From the NCBI GenBank assembly GCA_027604505.1, contig JADIIX010000038.1, forward strand, positions 124,001-174,417: a DNA stretch of 50,417 nt. Reading direction: 5' to 3'. Made by a program: the position numbers and the translations under genes. Origin of the DNA: Gonapodya sp. JEL0774. Taxonomy: Eukaryota. Position 1 is the first letter of the stretch, and each line of letters begins with the position of its first letter. Below are positions 1 to 13,935 of this stretch, piece after piece. The notes beneath the pieces are model-generated. The model was not told the DNA's origin. It was given only the letters and a program-made list of their open reading frames with translations, and ran no database searches.

Positions 1-1481
1 ACCACCTTCACTTGCAGCGGGAATTATCTTCGGAGAGTGAATCTCTGTGAAGCCATGTCCGTCCAAGTATTCTCGGAAGAGCTTGGAAACTCCAGCCTGG
101 ATTTTGAAGATAGCTTGGTTCGTGGTGGTCTATCGAGAGATGATAGTTTCGTGTGATGGATCATATGATGACGAAAACATGAGACTCACCCTTAAGTCGA
201 TGACCCTATGCTTCAGTCTCGTGACAAGAAGCACTTTGGGAGCCGATTGCTCAGTGGTCGGCGCCTTTTCAGAACAAAGAAAGCGGACTATCGGTATTCT
301 CCACTTACACAGGCGAAATACAGCGAAAGACACTCACTTCCTCTGCTTCCTCTCCCTCCTCATCCTCACCGGGCGGCAGTGGTCGCGTGGCATCTTCAAG
401 TGTGAATGGCAACCGCCCGTCACTTTTATTCTCACAGAATAACTTACCGAAGCTCCAGTTCAGTGACTGCGAGACGCATCCACCACCAATAGTCTTCTCT
501 CACCTGACTGATTTGCAGTTCAACATCCTGCACAGTGCACGACTTAACGAGATCCGGAACTTTGGATACCTTTGCTTCCACGAGCACAATGGATTCAGCC
601 GGGACGCTGAGGCATAGCCAACATACATGATATTGTGATTCCCATTTGATCGCTATCGAGACTCGCTTCTCATACCTGGAAACGAATTTAATCATTTGCT
701 TGCTGACGGTGTTAGCATCAACGGAAACGACTGCCTGGACTGTGTGTTCGCGCTGACGAAGCACCAAAAAGCCCTTCTTGGCACCTGCAGCCGAATAGCT
801 TGTTCGTCACCCACAAAACAGATTAATTGACGACAACAAATCTCACCGACACCGCGGTAGGTCTGCACACGGGCACGGAGGTGTACGACCTCATCGGCAA
901 TGGCCGCAGAGAGATCTTTGATGTTGGTCCGTTTTTGACCTGAATGACTGGACACGTAAGCAAAAGGTTCGTGCATTCTGACAAAAGAAAATGTATATCA
1001 CCTGTTCTAGATGTCGATTGGTTGACTGGGAGTTCGCCATATTTGCCCTTGGAGTAGTCCTGAGTGATTCAACAGGAGCAGAGGTGTTCTTCACTGGGGC
1101 AATGGGCACGGTAGACAAACTCATCGAGCTCACATCTGCATCAGCAGCAGCTTTTTCTGCGGCCTTTCGGGGGATGCATTAGTTGGAATCTAAATCGTTG
1201 GAAGTGTTCTTGCAGCCGACAGACTCACCAGTTTCGCCGCCATCTCCTGCTTCTTCGCCTCCTTCTCCTGTTGTTGCTGATGATGCAATCCAGGCGTAAG
1301 TCATATTTCAATCAATCCAATCAATTCGATCCGTGACACAGGAGGAACCCTTGGAACATGCAACACTTGAATGTACCTGAAGCTTCTTGAGGGCCTTTTT
1401 TGACAGAGGCTTCCCGTCCTCCCCGAGAACTACTTCTTCCTCTTTCGATTCAGCTGCGGTTGGTTCCGTGGTAGGTTGCAT
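1..1481 (-). CDS. DARS1: Cytoplasmic aspartyl-tRNA synthetase, 5' part (spliced; continues beyond the window start)
   Basis: ATG at 1481 gives [37 protein letters not shown]-fold exons follow: [36 protein letters not shown]...[13 protein letters not shown]. Then come [11 protein letters not shown] and the motif-1 region [39 protein letters not shown]. Confidence 0.93.
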
Positions 1482-2334
1482 TGGCGTAGAATCCGTGAAA
1501 GTGAACGATGTTTTTACTTGAACAGTGTGGCACGGACGATGCTGGGCTCGCCCAACAAGGTTGCGGGAACACCCTTGTAACGCAGTATGAATTTATAGAT
1601 GGCACGAACGACCACATACTTTCTTACAAATTAGATGATGATGGTCGAGAAGGCTCATGGGGAAGGCATTGTTCAGATCTATTCCCAAGCACGCTTCCAC
1701 AAAACACTGATTCCAACTCTCAATCCACAGTCAAGTTCCTCACCAGAGCGGGATTCCAGAATAACACATTGTCCGTGTATGTAACTTGTGCAACCGTTGT
1801 TGCGATTCGTTTACTTATAGTTTGAAATGTACCAAACTGGGAGAGCCAGAGAAGTCACAGAAATCAAGTGTGCGGATCTCATGGAGACCCAATCATCAGT
1901 CTGAGGGTATGTAAGCGTGACAAGCAGCGACGTTTCGTTGATAAATCTTGCAACTTGCATCATGGTACAACAAATCAGGAGATTTGTCTGCAGTGAACCA
2001 CTCCAAAATGCCAATTGACGTCGTATGTGACCAAGCAGTCCATCTTCATTGAGCAGAAGGTTATTGGTGACTTCCATGGGCTAATTTGCGGGCGTTTGCT
2101 TGAAAAGCTCATTTTCAAGGATTCCTAAATCCAAAATATCGTGGTGTTGTATGTCGGGTCGGAACGGTGAGCTCAGCACTTAAGGGCGAAGTCAGCATCC
2201 CACAGTACCAGAGATGGTGGCGTGGCACCCAAAACTTGGAACCCTCACTCTCTCGCGGGGAGACCCACAGCGTGCCACCCAAACTCAGCCCTGGTCAGCA
2301 CTGTTTCCCCCAGACCCGATTGTCTTTAATCGCG

Positions 2335-5300
2335 ATGGCATCGACGAAGCCAAGCCGGGTGTCCGTCACATTGGCTCTCAAGAGACTCGCCCTCTCCAGT
2401 GCACGAAACCCTCTTGAAACAATCGCATTTTCCCTCACAATAGCGGCAATAGCATATGTCGCTCTTGTTCATTATTTCTCGAGATTCGGAGTGCACCGAG
2501 TATCCATTTTGCAACCAGAGCTCGACGTGTCGGGCGCAGTCGACAGCTTTCCAGCAGGATCTCGTCTCTCGCATGTGCTTGTGGACGGATCCAAGGACAT
2601 TGTTCAGCTTCCACGTGACGCTGTCAGTGGCTTCAACGAAGCTCTGTTGGTCACCATTTCTACCGCTGACGAAGAATACACCGACTTACTCAGTCGCCTC
2701 CTCTCTTCTCGGGTCGCGGCCAAAGACCCACTTGGACATTACTTGCCTGTCGAAAAGCTTTGCGTAACGAAAGACGGCGAGTGCGTCAAGTTTGCAAGCA
2801 GATCAGAGCACCCCGTGGACGACGCGAACCGATTTGCATATTCTTGGCTGCTGGACGCCTCCACCCCGGAGCAGCTCGCAACCGCCTTAGGATGGCAGGA
2901 AAACCTGCTAAGCGTCATTGTTCCGGGGATGAAGAGTCGCCTTACATTCCAGAAAGACCCTACCACGTCGCGCGCGCGGGTGACAGGAATAATGGCGGAG
3001 GGTATCAACGACCTTCGAGCGTCGTGGGAGGTGAGTTTCATGCACAATTCTTGTGTTCACTACATAAAAAGTAACAATAAGTTCATCTACACTGCATTCA
3101 CTAGAACTCTGAGAGCGTCGACGTGGTTGTTGTCGGAGTCGGATGGGTGCTGATGTTTGGAACGATCGTTTCGACCTTCCTTAAACTTCAAAAAATTGGA
3201 TCCCGATTCACCCTCGGTGAGTTTGCGTGATGTTTCAGTGCTCCTGTGGAGCTCCGATGAATTCATTCGCTCCATCCTGCCAGGGTTCGCCGTTCTGCTC
3301 AGCAGTTCATGCGCCCTCACATGTGCATTAGTGCTCGCAAAGACACTCGGGGCATCGTTTTCCCTCGCCCAGTTGAGGTAATTTGCCATTGATGCATGCA
3401 GCCTTCAACAATTTACCATGTTGACCGTTGTTTGTCGTTCAGCGAGGCCCTCCCCTTCTTTGTTGTTGCTGTGTCATGGGATCGCCAAATCGAGCTCGCG
3501 CGCAGCATTGTCTCTTTTGAACAAGGTCCCACCGAAGCAACCAAGCGACTGACCGTGCGTGACAAGATCGCTGGAGGACTGGAACGGAGCATCTCCAAAA
3601 TTGTCAAGGAGTATGCAGTTATCGCGACAGTACTCTTCTGTGGAGCACTTACGCGTGATTATGGCATCGCCTTATTGCTCATTCAATTGTAATCAGTTCG
3701 TTAAACGTTCCCTTCCTCGTGCAGGCATTCGTGGCCTCAACGACTTTTGCTTGCTCGCGTGTCTGATCACCATTTTTGATGGATTGTATCTCTTCACTTT
3801 ATTTACTGCCATTGTCACCGCAAAACTTGAGGTGAACCCAGCTTACTGGTTTCTGCACTCTTGATTGAGAATTCACAAAGCCTCTCCTTCCTGTAAAGCT
3901 CAATCGCATTCGTGACACTCAGGCGGCTCCCAGTGAGTCGCGAGAAGCTACCCCGCAGACATGGCGTCTCCGACTCTCTGGATTTAGCTCTTTTTTGCTC
4001 TCCGAGTTCTCTGTTACAAGCTGGACTGAAAGTCCTTTGGCTGGCAAGATAAAGCTTTTCATAGTGAGCACAGCTACCAGACATACCAATGATATCGAAA
4101 TTCAATTCTATCCTCGGCAACAGGTTCTGGGTTTCCTTGTTGTCCACGCTCTCAACGCGTCAGCTGGCTTCTCTCTCATTGCCTCGGACGAACCTTCCAT
4201 TCGATCGGCACAGTATGGTGCTCTGCACTCTGATGTGCATCGTGCGTTTGAGCTCCTTGGCCCAGGCACCATAGTTCTTGTGGGCAAGAAGGTTGCCTTC
4301 GAAACTCTTAAGACCTCAAACGGATCTTCGAACGACGATGGTTACCCATCGCATGACTCTACCTGGACCAACGTACTGGCGGCAACAGCTGTTGTCGGAT
4401 GGGGAATGTATCTCAGTTCTTCCGGAATTGGGCTCCCTGGACAAGAAAAGAAGGAGGAGGCAGGGAAGGTCAAGAAAGTTGACGAAGGGGACGATGTGAT
4501 CAAACCACTCCCGTTGTTGGACGCCCAGGTCAGCGTTGAACGCTCAAAGGAGTCGAAACACGTACATATTTCGGAGGCGGTGGTGGCTTCCGACGCGAAA
4601 CTACTTCGGTCTCCAGGGCGACGTGTTTCTCTATCACTTCGACCTGACATTTTAGTACATGCACGGCGCCCATCATTCAAAGCAGAGCGAGAGAGTTTAC
4701 CTGTAGCGGAGTCTCGGTCGCGACGTCCGTCCTTCAAACTCGATCCGCCGCAATCTATCCCACTGCCGAGGCACGAGGATTCTGGCATCGATGTATCTGC
4801 CAAACTCGGTACTCTTCGATCGGTGGAGGAATGTGTTGCCATCTCCAAAGCGGAGAGCCCCATGTCACTTACCGACGAGGAAATAGTGCAGCTTGTGGAG
4901 AAGGGTGCCGTGAAAGATTATTCGCTGGAGAAGTGGTGCTTGGACCCTGTCCGTGGAGTGAAGATTCGACGAATGCTCGTTGGTACGTGCGCGAGGCCAG
5001 AGAGCTCGTCGCCGGTTTTCACTGACCCATATTCGATCTTTTAGCAAAAAGCATTGCTCGGCCTCATGCCGGTCAGCTTCTTCCCTACCACCACTACGAT
5101 TACGCTGGTGTGATTGGACAATGTTGTGAAAACGTGGTCGGGTAAGTAAACCGCTAAGGTAGATGGCTCTTCACTGTGTCGTTCTGACCCCTTTTGCAAT
5201 TCCAGATACATGCCGATCCCTGTAGGCGTAGCCGGCCCTTTTGTCGTAGACGGGAAAACGTACCAGATCCCTATGGCGACCACCGAGGGCGCACTTGTGG

Positions 5301-6611
5301 CTTCCACCTCCCGAGGTTGCAAAGCTATCTCTGCGTCTGGGGGTGCTCGAACGGCTATTTTGGCCGATGCTATGACCCGTGGACCAGTTGTCGAGTTTCC
5401 CTCGTCGGTCCGCGCCGCGGAGGCCCGAAAGTGGGCGGACTCGGAAGAAGGATTCCGGCATCTCAAGGCTGCATTTGAGAGTACAACGAGGTTTGGCAAA
5501 CTGAATAAGCTCAAGTTCGCAAACGCTGGTCGTTTGCTGTTTATCCGATTCTCGACGTTTACTGGGGATGCAATGGTGAGTCCCGTCACAGCTATGTTTG
5601 AGAAACACCGGTTAGATCCATTTTTGCAAATGCATATAATCTATCAGGGAATGAACATGATCAGCAAAGGTACAGAGAAAGCTCTTGAAGAGATGTCATC
5701 AGTATTTCCCGACATGACGGTTATCTCACTCTCCGGTAACTACTGCACGGACAAGGTATGAACAACGGATATCTGTTTCCAACGGCCTTGGTGCTGAATG
5801 TCATTCCACTCCATAGAAACCTGCGGCGATTAACTGGATTGAGGGCCGTGGAAAGTCTGTAATTGCCGAGGCAGTCATCTCCGCTAAAGTCGTGCAGACT
5901 GTGCTGAAAACAACAGTTCCGGCCATCGTGCACCTGAACACGAGCAAGAACTTGATTGGGTCTGCTATGGCTGGCAGTATTGGTGGTTTCAACGCCCATG
6001 CCGCCAACATTCTCACCGCCGTGTACATTGCCACGGGACAGGATCCAGCACAAAATGTTGAAAGCAGCCAGTGCATGACACTGATGGAAGCGTGAGTGCT
6101 TGTTAGCTACATCAATCACCTCCACGCGTCCTTACTGTGAATTTATAAAGTGTCAATGGAGGTCAAGATCTCCACATCTCCGTCACCATGCCTTGCATCG
6201 AGGTCGGCACTGTTGGTGGTGGCACCACATTGCCCCCTCAAGCTGCTTGCTTGGACATGCTCGGTGTCCGCGGTCCTTGTCACGAACAACCCGGCCGAAA
6301 TTCACAGCAGCTGGCAAGGTTGGTTGCCGCATCGGTTATGGCAGGTGAACTGAGTCTATGTGCGGCTCTGGCAGGTGAGTTCTGCATGAAAACAGCGCCG
6401 ATGTCCTCGGAATCCCAACACACAACGTTGATCTCCAGCGGGCCACCTTGTCAAGTCCCACATGGCCCACAACCGCGCTCCCCCGGCATCCTCTCCCCCG
6501 GCATCCTCTCCCCCAGCGTCCTCTCCCCCGGCATCCTCTCCCCCGGCATCCTCTTCCCCGGCATCCTCTGGCCCCGTGTCGTCTACAACACCTCCAGTCG
6601 AATCGAAATAG
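2335..6611 (+). CDS. HMG1: Class I HMG-CoA reductase, fungal type (N-terminal HPIH-like segment, sterol-sensing domain, catalytic domain); multi-exon
   Basis: N-terminus [12 protein letters not shown] and SSD segment [11 protein letters not shown]. Catalytic motifs: [72 protein letters not shown] and [12 protein letters not shown]. Stop TAG at 6609-6611. Confidence 0.97.
6480..6569 (+). repeat. 15-bp tandem repeat, about 6 units of CCCCCGGCATCCTCT, encoding (PPASS)n in the HMGR C-terminal tail
   Basis: Read directly: five PPASS units plus one SPASS, in frame after HNRA. Confidence 0.95.
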
Positions 6612-6847
6612 CATGGCGATGAATCACTCGCGACACATTGGATTCTCCTTCCGTCTTGCCGCTGTTAAGTGGCCAACAACTATAGATCAAATCCAATTTT
6701 CAAGCTTGCTCTGCAATTTCCTCATGCACTGTCAATATACGTTATGGCACTTGACTTTTAGAATATATCCGGATCATTGTTATCGTTAGCAAATTACATC
6801 CAGCGACCTGATGTTATGTCTTGGTATAATTCCTCGTTCATAGCCAA

Positions 6848-8350
6848 TTATAGTTCCCACACCATGCCTTTGGAATCCATTTCATTTTGCACTGTCGCGG
6901 TGCGTATGGCTTCCATCACTGCCAAACCTGCACTGCTTTCCAACCTAGCAATATCCTCTGGCGTGATAAAATCATTAGACGCCCGCTGGGCGAATACCAT
7001 GGCGCATGCGGCCGCGCGAATGAGAGGGGGTCGCACTGAGTTCGCTGGGGATGTGGCAATTTGTCGCCTTGAACATTCAGCCATGTGGAAAAGGAGGTAG
7101 TTTTCCATCTCAAAGAAAAGCATGGATGGATATCGTGAGCAGAGATCCGTAACCAGGGAGTCGTTTTTGTCGTCAAAGAAGGGATCCTTGTGAAAACGGC
7201 TCCCGTCAGATGCAAGTTTCACGTTCCCACTGTGTCGCAAAACGATCAAAGAACCCATTCTTTCGGCCATGTCAAAGTTCTCACGGCTTGAGCAGCTTCA
7301 ATCGCCAACTCCCTCATATACACCAACAAACACCTTTGTTGCTCACTTTTCTTCCCTGGCTGGCATAAAAGTAATCTGTGCTCGCATTTAAACCCGTTTC
7401 CACACTCTTTGTACCCAAGATTCGCTTGAGATTCTCTTCAAGCAGTTGCTGGAGTTGTTGGTCCGACGGAACAGGACGGGAAATAAGGTACGGCGGACCT
7501 AAACATGGAGTGAGATGAACGCGCTAAATCAGTGTGCAGGACCACTCACTCACCGTCCTCTCCAACGAAGTGATCATGATTCCGCAAAACACAAACACTC
7601 GCTTCGGCCACAACCACTTGACCGATGAGACCTCTTTCTTTTTGTACGGATCCGCAGGAGCCAAATCTGATGAACAAAAGTTCACCCTTTGTAACAGCGC
7701 GAATTTCACGTATGAGCTTCAAGTGTTATGGTAGAAGAGTTCGGATGTGGAAACGATCGTTGGGGTCGGACGAGTAGATGGCAACCAACACAAACGTACC
7801 ATTTCCGTGACGGCAAGCCCCATGCCAATGGCAACGATAGAGACGGGGACCCCCTTGTAGCACCCTGCAACGGAAGAGTGAGATACTCGCTCAAGCAATT
7901 GGCCGTGCTCATAACCATGCTGGAATCCATCGCAATGGCCCCGATCAATTTCATTATTCCATTTTTGCGGACCACTTATTCCCATATTCCACCTGTCTAA
8001 TCGTCAATCGGCTTTACTCACCTGTGATCGTCGTCATCAGTCTCTTCGAAGTCATCTCGAATGGCTTCGGCTCGGCATCCAGCAACTTGGCAAGTGTCTT
8101 GGCACGATGGACATCCCCAACTGTAATAATCCGATTAGCCACCTCGCCAACTTTGTCGTACGCATCATTATAAAATGGATATTTTTGGATCGGTTCAGGG
8201 AGTCGGCAGGGATCAACCATAAACGCATGAACTGAAGTGTAACGAAGATGGGATGGCAACGGAGTTCGAACATTTGGTTCCCAGATGATACGTGCGACCG
8301 TCAGCAGATAGTGGGAAGTTAGCTGAGAGCATGGGAGCACTTGGAGCCAT
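6848..8350 (-). CDS. Purine/uridine nucleoside phosphorylase (PNP_UDP_1 family); multi-exon
   Basis: Spliced translation MAPSAPMLSANFPLSADGRTYHLGTK/FGEVANRIITVGD, then YKGVPVSIVAIGMG, FFEMENYLLFHMA and IRAAACAMVFAQR. Confidence 0.85.
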
Positions 8351-8637
8351 CGCCGAATGCTGCTGTGGTTGCAACGTGCTTAGTATTCTGTGATTTCGAT
8401 CAAACGGAACCTTCCTCGGTCGGCTGATAAGAGGAGCACCAACTAGACTGACACAAGCTCCGACATAATGATCAAACCCGAAGATTACAGAACCATGACG
8501 ATTTGAACCGTAACGCGCACAGCAGCGATCTCAAGTGGCGGATTCCACTCTTTACGTCTCCCCCGCGCTTTTTTGTTGCTGGCGAGAAGAGAAGCAAGTC
8601 AACCAACTGGAGACGAGACAATACACGGACACACGCA

Positions 8638-11600
8638 ATGACGCGCAGCCAACAAACAAAGCTGGACGCCACATTCTATGCACATGGCGTTTTTTGTGCC
8701 ACGCACCAACTTCTCATTCTTGTGGTTTGTGCGGTGATAATCCTTGCGCTCTCGAGTCCCGTTGCACGGCATATATACACATCTTCGATGAGAGCTTCTG
8801 TAAGCAGCACTGGTTACAACATTGCAAATGGAGACTCGAGGGGATCGCAGGCGAGTGCACAGGGCACTTCAGAGTCCGCGGAGTGGGCAGAAGCGTGGAA
8901 AGAGTGGAACAATGCTTTTAACCCAACAGACGATTTGAACTCCAGTCGAAAATCGTGAGTTTTAAGCGTGTAATGTACTTTCGGCTTTGTGGATTCGCTG
9001 TGTGGAGTTGCTTGCTTGATGGTGAGACGAGGGTGCAAGACATTGTCGGGGAGGACCGCCATTATCACTTGATACTGGGGACTCGCTTTTCAACGATGAC
9101 GCTTTCTTACTTGTGTAAACAAATTGAATCTGAAAGGAGGATGTTGTAAAGTCCGTGGAGAGGGCGATGATGCGATAAAGACCTTGGTGGACCTCAACCG
9201 CTGTCCTTCACGCTAAGACTGTGGAGAATGGCTCAGGCGAATATCTCACGTGCGCCCTCGCTTACGCCCTCTTTCACATTTTGCACGAACGCTTTGGTTC
9301 CTCCTGCCGTGGCTTTCGCATTTCCACAACCTCGCAGCTATCGGTTCCTTCATATTGCGCCCGTCGTTTTCTCCCTTCCTTCTTCCACCATGCACTCCTT
9401 GACCAACTATTCCCAACCTGATGTCACCCACCCGCACGTCTCCGCTCGCTTTCTTCGCCCTATACTCGACAGTCTCCATGCCTCAGGACTGCGGCAGCTC
9501 TGCTATAAACGCCGACCAACGCACATATCGGAGCTCCGTGATAAGGGCAGCTTAGACTGTCTGATGTGGGCTCAGAGCGTGAGGTGCATCGATAGAGGAT
9601 CAGGCTCAGGTTCAACTGGGCGCATGCCTGTGAGACCCAATGAGGAGGTGGAGCTTGTGAGGGCCGTGGAAGACATGAGGAGGTCCGTGGAAAAAGAAAT
9701 GGGACATGCTGGGTCGCCGCTACCCGCAGAAACCGATAAAACCGCACTCAAGACCGACGCTGTGCCAGTGAACAAGAACGATATGTCGTCGCTCGTGGAG
9801 TCAGACGATATCCATCTCTCCTCTTCCACCATAACACCGCAATCGCCGACCACGCGAATCGAGCCCAAACCGGAACCTTCGTTCCTCGTCTTCTTTTTCC
9901 TTGATGGTGACCCTCCCTCTATCATCCCTACTTTTCATAACATACTTGCCTCGTCCTTTCTCCTCCTTAACAATTCAACAACATCCGCATTGCACGTTGT
10001 CTCATCGCATCCACCAACTCTTCGTTCTGATTACCTCTCAGCACAGTTCCCATCAACTTCTCACCGAGTGGACTCGCCCCACGTTCTGCGTCCCTCGTAT
10101 TTCTTCTCTGCTGGCGGTACAAATTTCTCCGCCGAACACTTCCTCATCATCCTTGCTTACCTGCTTGTATTCTTACACATTTCCCTAAGTCTGGGAAAGG
10201 TGGATCTAGTTAAGAGCAAGTTTGGACTGGGCTTCGTTGCAGTATTGACGGTTGTATTGAGTTTGATCATGAGCGTGGGGCTATGCGGGATGCTGGGAGT
10301 AGAGTTTTCCATTGTGCCGTGGTAAGTCCACTTTCATAGGAATTCTTGTGACTTTGCTGGGGAGGTGGAAGGGAGTCGAATATAAACGAGCTTCCTCTGG
10401 GACCCGGGATGTTTAAGAGAAGGAATGTGAAGCAATCCCTGCCGATCGCAATCGCCCCAAAGCGTCGTTGACACATTCTTCATCTCTACTCATTTGACGA
10501 ATCGTTAAGGGAAGTTTTCCCGTTCCTCATCATCGCGGTCGGTGTAGAAAACATGTTCACAATCACTTCTGCCGTTGTGAATACGTCGATGGACCTCCCG
10601 GTTAAGGAAAGGGTTGGTAGAGGTGAGTTCATATATTTTGGAACTGGAGTCTCTTGGACTGAACCGTGTGGTTTCATACACTCAAAGGTCTCGGTAGTGT
10701 TGGCGTCAACATGTTCGCATCGATATGTGTCGAACTAGCAATTTTGCTTGTTGGCTCGGCGACAAATATTCCCGCATTTCAAGTAAGTTAAGGAGTGATT
10801 GTAATCCTCGAAAGACAGGGTTTCTGATGTGGTAGTGGGACGGATAAATGAGACTACCACGCTTTCATGAGGTATTCGGTGATTTCACCAACTCTCCTCG
10901 CACCGTAACATTTAGGAATTCTCTTTATTTGCCGCTGTGGCCATCCTTATGGACTATTTTCTCCAGCTCACATTCTTCACCACGGTTTTGTCTATCGATA
11001 TTCGACGATTAGAGGTAAGGCCGACCAAACAACAAAAATGAACTCGACAGGTGTGCGTGGTGCTCACGGTTGTTACCTTATTGCATACCAGCTCTCTGAT
11101 CTCCAGAATCGCCGGGTAGCTGCGATCATTCGGCAGCACTCTAGTGCTGATGTTGCCTCTCTTGGTGCTTCGGGGGCTCAAGCAGAGGCCGGTAGCGCGT
11201 CACCCGCGTCGAAAGCCGGTCTCTCAAAGGAGAAGCGCAAGGAAGGAAGAGGACTCCCTGTCACGTTAAATCACACCATTGTGAGTAAAAATAGGACTGC
11301 AGTCACATTCACTGATTCATACTAAAATGAGTCTCCCGTGGACTGTGCCCAGATGATTCTTCTCCTTGTGTTAATCGGTGTCATTGCGTACGAGATTCTT
11401 TTTGTCCAAAGTCGCATTTCCGCCCCTTCACCCATATCCATGCAGGGAGAACCCCTTGGGGCAACACCAACACCTACTTCAGACGACACGCCTCTCAGCC
11501 CAGACCCACGTGCAGTCCGATTGTATGAAAGGCTGTTTGAAGTACTTGGTTGGGAGCAGGAGCCATGGGGTCGCCACTATGAGTTTACGGAGGTGGCTGA

Positions 11601-13935
11601 ACCATGGGAAGTGTCCGTTAACTTCAGGCCAGGCAGCTCAGATATACTCCGAGATACTGATGCTTGTGACGGTGACGAGGATTCACTCCTTCTTGCGTCA
11701 CCGAGCCCCGTATCCGGTCGTGTTCGTTCCCGCCCTCTACTCGCTTTCAATGACATCTTCCAGCCTTCGAGTCTCTCAGCGGCGTTTTGGGTAACTCTTG
11801 CACTAGTGTTGTTTCTCGGCATGAGCATACTCGCCTTTGTAAGCCTCACCAGCACGTTACATCAGGTGCTCAGTGATGGCTGGGGATGGTTAGCGGACTG
11901 GTGGACGCAATTCTGGACGGAAAGGACAGTGGTTAGCGCTCCTACTTCTTCTAGTAAAACCACGAGAGAAAAGAAAAGGAGAACACCAGCATTAGTGAAG
12001 GGACATGTCTCCGGAAGTGATCGTAGAACGGCTCGGAGTATGGGGAGACCAGTAGCGGAGGGAACACTCGGAAAAAGCATCAAAGGTGGCTGGTTGCAGA
12101 GAAAAGCGGAACGGAAAGTTGTTTTGGGAGAGTCATGGTTGCCTGCTGGTACTCATCAGGCGAGTGAGGCGAGTCCTCGACCGACACGACACCGATTCTC
12201 AGTCGATGTACTTCAAGCATCGGAGAGCGGCCAAGGTAATACAGGGAGAACCCAGAAGAAGCCATTCAGCTCTATCGGCAATACTGTCAAGACATTAAAT
12301 GTGTCGGATGCGGGCTGGGTCGCCTGGAATTTGGCGTTTGACTGGGATACTGTTCGAATAGATGACCGCCTTGTGGTGCGATTCCCATCGGAGGTCACGT
12401 GCGCTAAGCTTGGGATAGAGGCTAACAAAGGTGATAATGGGGATGTTTGGAAGAGACATTTTCTTGCAATTGGAAGAATGGATGGGAAAGTATCGGTACT
12501 GGAAATGAGTCCGGATGGAAAACCAACGAAAACTCTCGTGGGAATTACGAGAACTCCAATAACTTCTAGAGTTGGTACCTCAGAAGCCACTACCCATGCA
12601 CCTATTCGACATATTGTATTTTTACGCCACGACCACGTGTCAACGGGTGGGCGAGCGAGAACGATTGCGTTTGTTACCATATCTGCGCATGGATGGATAT
12701 CGTTGTTCGAGATATACGGATCCGGAGAAGAAACGTCTCTCAAGTGTATATGCACTGTGGACTCAGAAGTCGAAGAGGTGCGCGAATGCTGGGCCGCAAC
12801 CCACCGCACACTGTTTTTGTGCTCCATGAGCGACGATCTTTTGTTTCTCGACTTAAGTGCGGACTGGGAATCGCCTGAGGTCGAAAATGCTTCTCCTGGA
12901 AAGGTCGATGTCGTTAAACGCAATGCTGGGGTACAAAGCATGAGTGTGGAGCGCATCCCAATTGGAGGAGAGCAATTTACTGTAGTTGCTTGTGGGCTTA
13001 AAAGTGGGGACATCGTTTTGCTTGAGTTTCCGTCATTAAACGTCATCGGGAGGTTGCTAGGGCACTCAAAACATCCAGTACAGAGCGTTTTCGTGAGGAT
13101 TCTGCCCAATACTCGTTCCAACTGCACAGGAAACGCGAGTGTGAACTGCGTGCTGGGAGCGACTTTTGGTGATGACAGGGCTCGTGTGTGGGAGGTAACT
13201 TTCACCGTCTCGGAGGACTCAGCCCATCTCAGTCGCCCTCAAGGCACAGCTCAGTCTCAGGAATCCCAAACGTTGAAAAGCCATTCTTCGGTGCGGTTTG
13301 CCGTGGAGAAGTTCTATGGTGAAGTTAATCAGCCGGGAAGTCGGGATCTCCATATCACCGCTACTGAGCTTTGGGGTTTGAGACGACGCAAAATGTTCGG
13401 TCTGTACCCTGCGGTCCCCCAGTCAATACTGCTCAACAACGAAAATTTGAAAAGAGTTGATCAACTTAATGGGACAGCCGACGGCGCTTGGTGGTGGGAG
13501 CTGTGGATATGTAACTTTGGAGCCGGAGTGGACTTCGATGACGGAGACGCAGCAGAATCTGCAAGAATCTTGCCACTCTCTCGGGCAGTACTTCTGTTTG
13601 AAGATCCACTACAGGGAATCGGGGCTTGCGAGATAGATCATGACGACGAAGGCGACCCCGTCATGGAGCGTGCTGGGAGACCGGGAAGTGACTCATTCGA
13701 ATCGGAGGGTGTGTCGCCGCACTTTGCGACGCCCGCCCTCACCGCGAATCCAGTAGTGGGCCACAATGACGTTTTATGTTTCGGATATAGCGACGGTGTG
13801 GTTCGGGTCGTCAAAAGCACGCTTGAACGTACGGACAGAAAATCAGAATTTCACAGCGCTGCATCGTCGGCATATAGTAATATCGATCTTGATGTTGTTG
13901 GAGTGCAGGACGCCAGTCGCAAAAAGACCCAGTAG
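8638..13935 (+). CDS. SCAP: SREBP cleavage-activating protein (SCAP/Scp1): sterol-sensing domain plus a divergent WD40-like C-terminus; multi-exon
   Basis: TM1 region [77 protein letters not shown] and [26 protein letters not shown] (MELADL equivalent). The long terminal exon has beta-propeller-like repeats. Confidence 0.88.

Noticed and set aside
1508..2077. Short ORFs (105 aa plus strand, 88 aa minus strand) between DARS1 and HMGR
   Set aside because: No recognisable motif or convincing splice structure; probably promoter or UTR sequence.
2136..2150. ATCGTGGTG upstream of HMGR as a possible sterol regulatory element
   Set aside because: Only a partial match to known SRE consensus sequences and expected by chance.
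6480..6569. Repeat array as a possible CRISPR
   Set aside because: Contiguous units without spacers, in a eukaryotic coding exon.
6336..6789. RGRGC- and PRHPL-repeat ORFs
   Set aside because: Alternative-frame or antisense readings of the 15-bp HMGR tail repeat.
12213..13205. 330-aa antisense ORF within SCAP, and similar antisense ORFs in HMGR and DUOX
   Set aside because: Shadow frames of long coding exons with no independent motifs.
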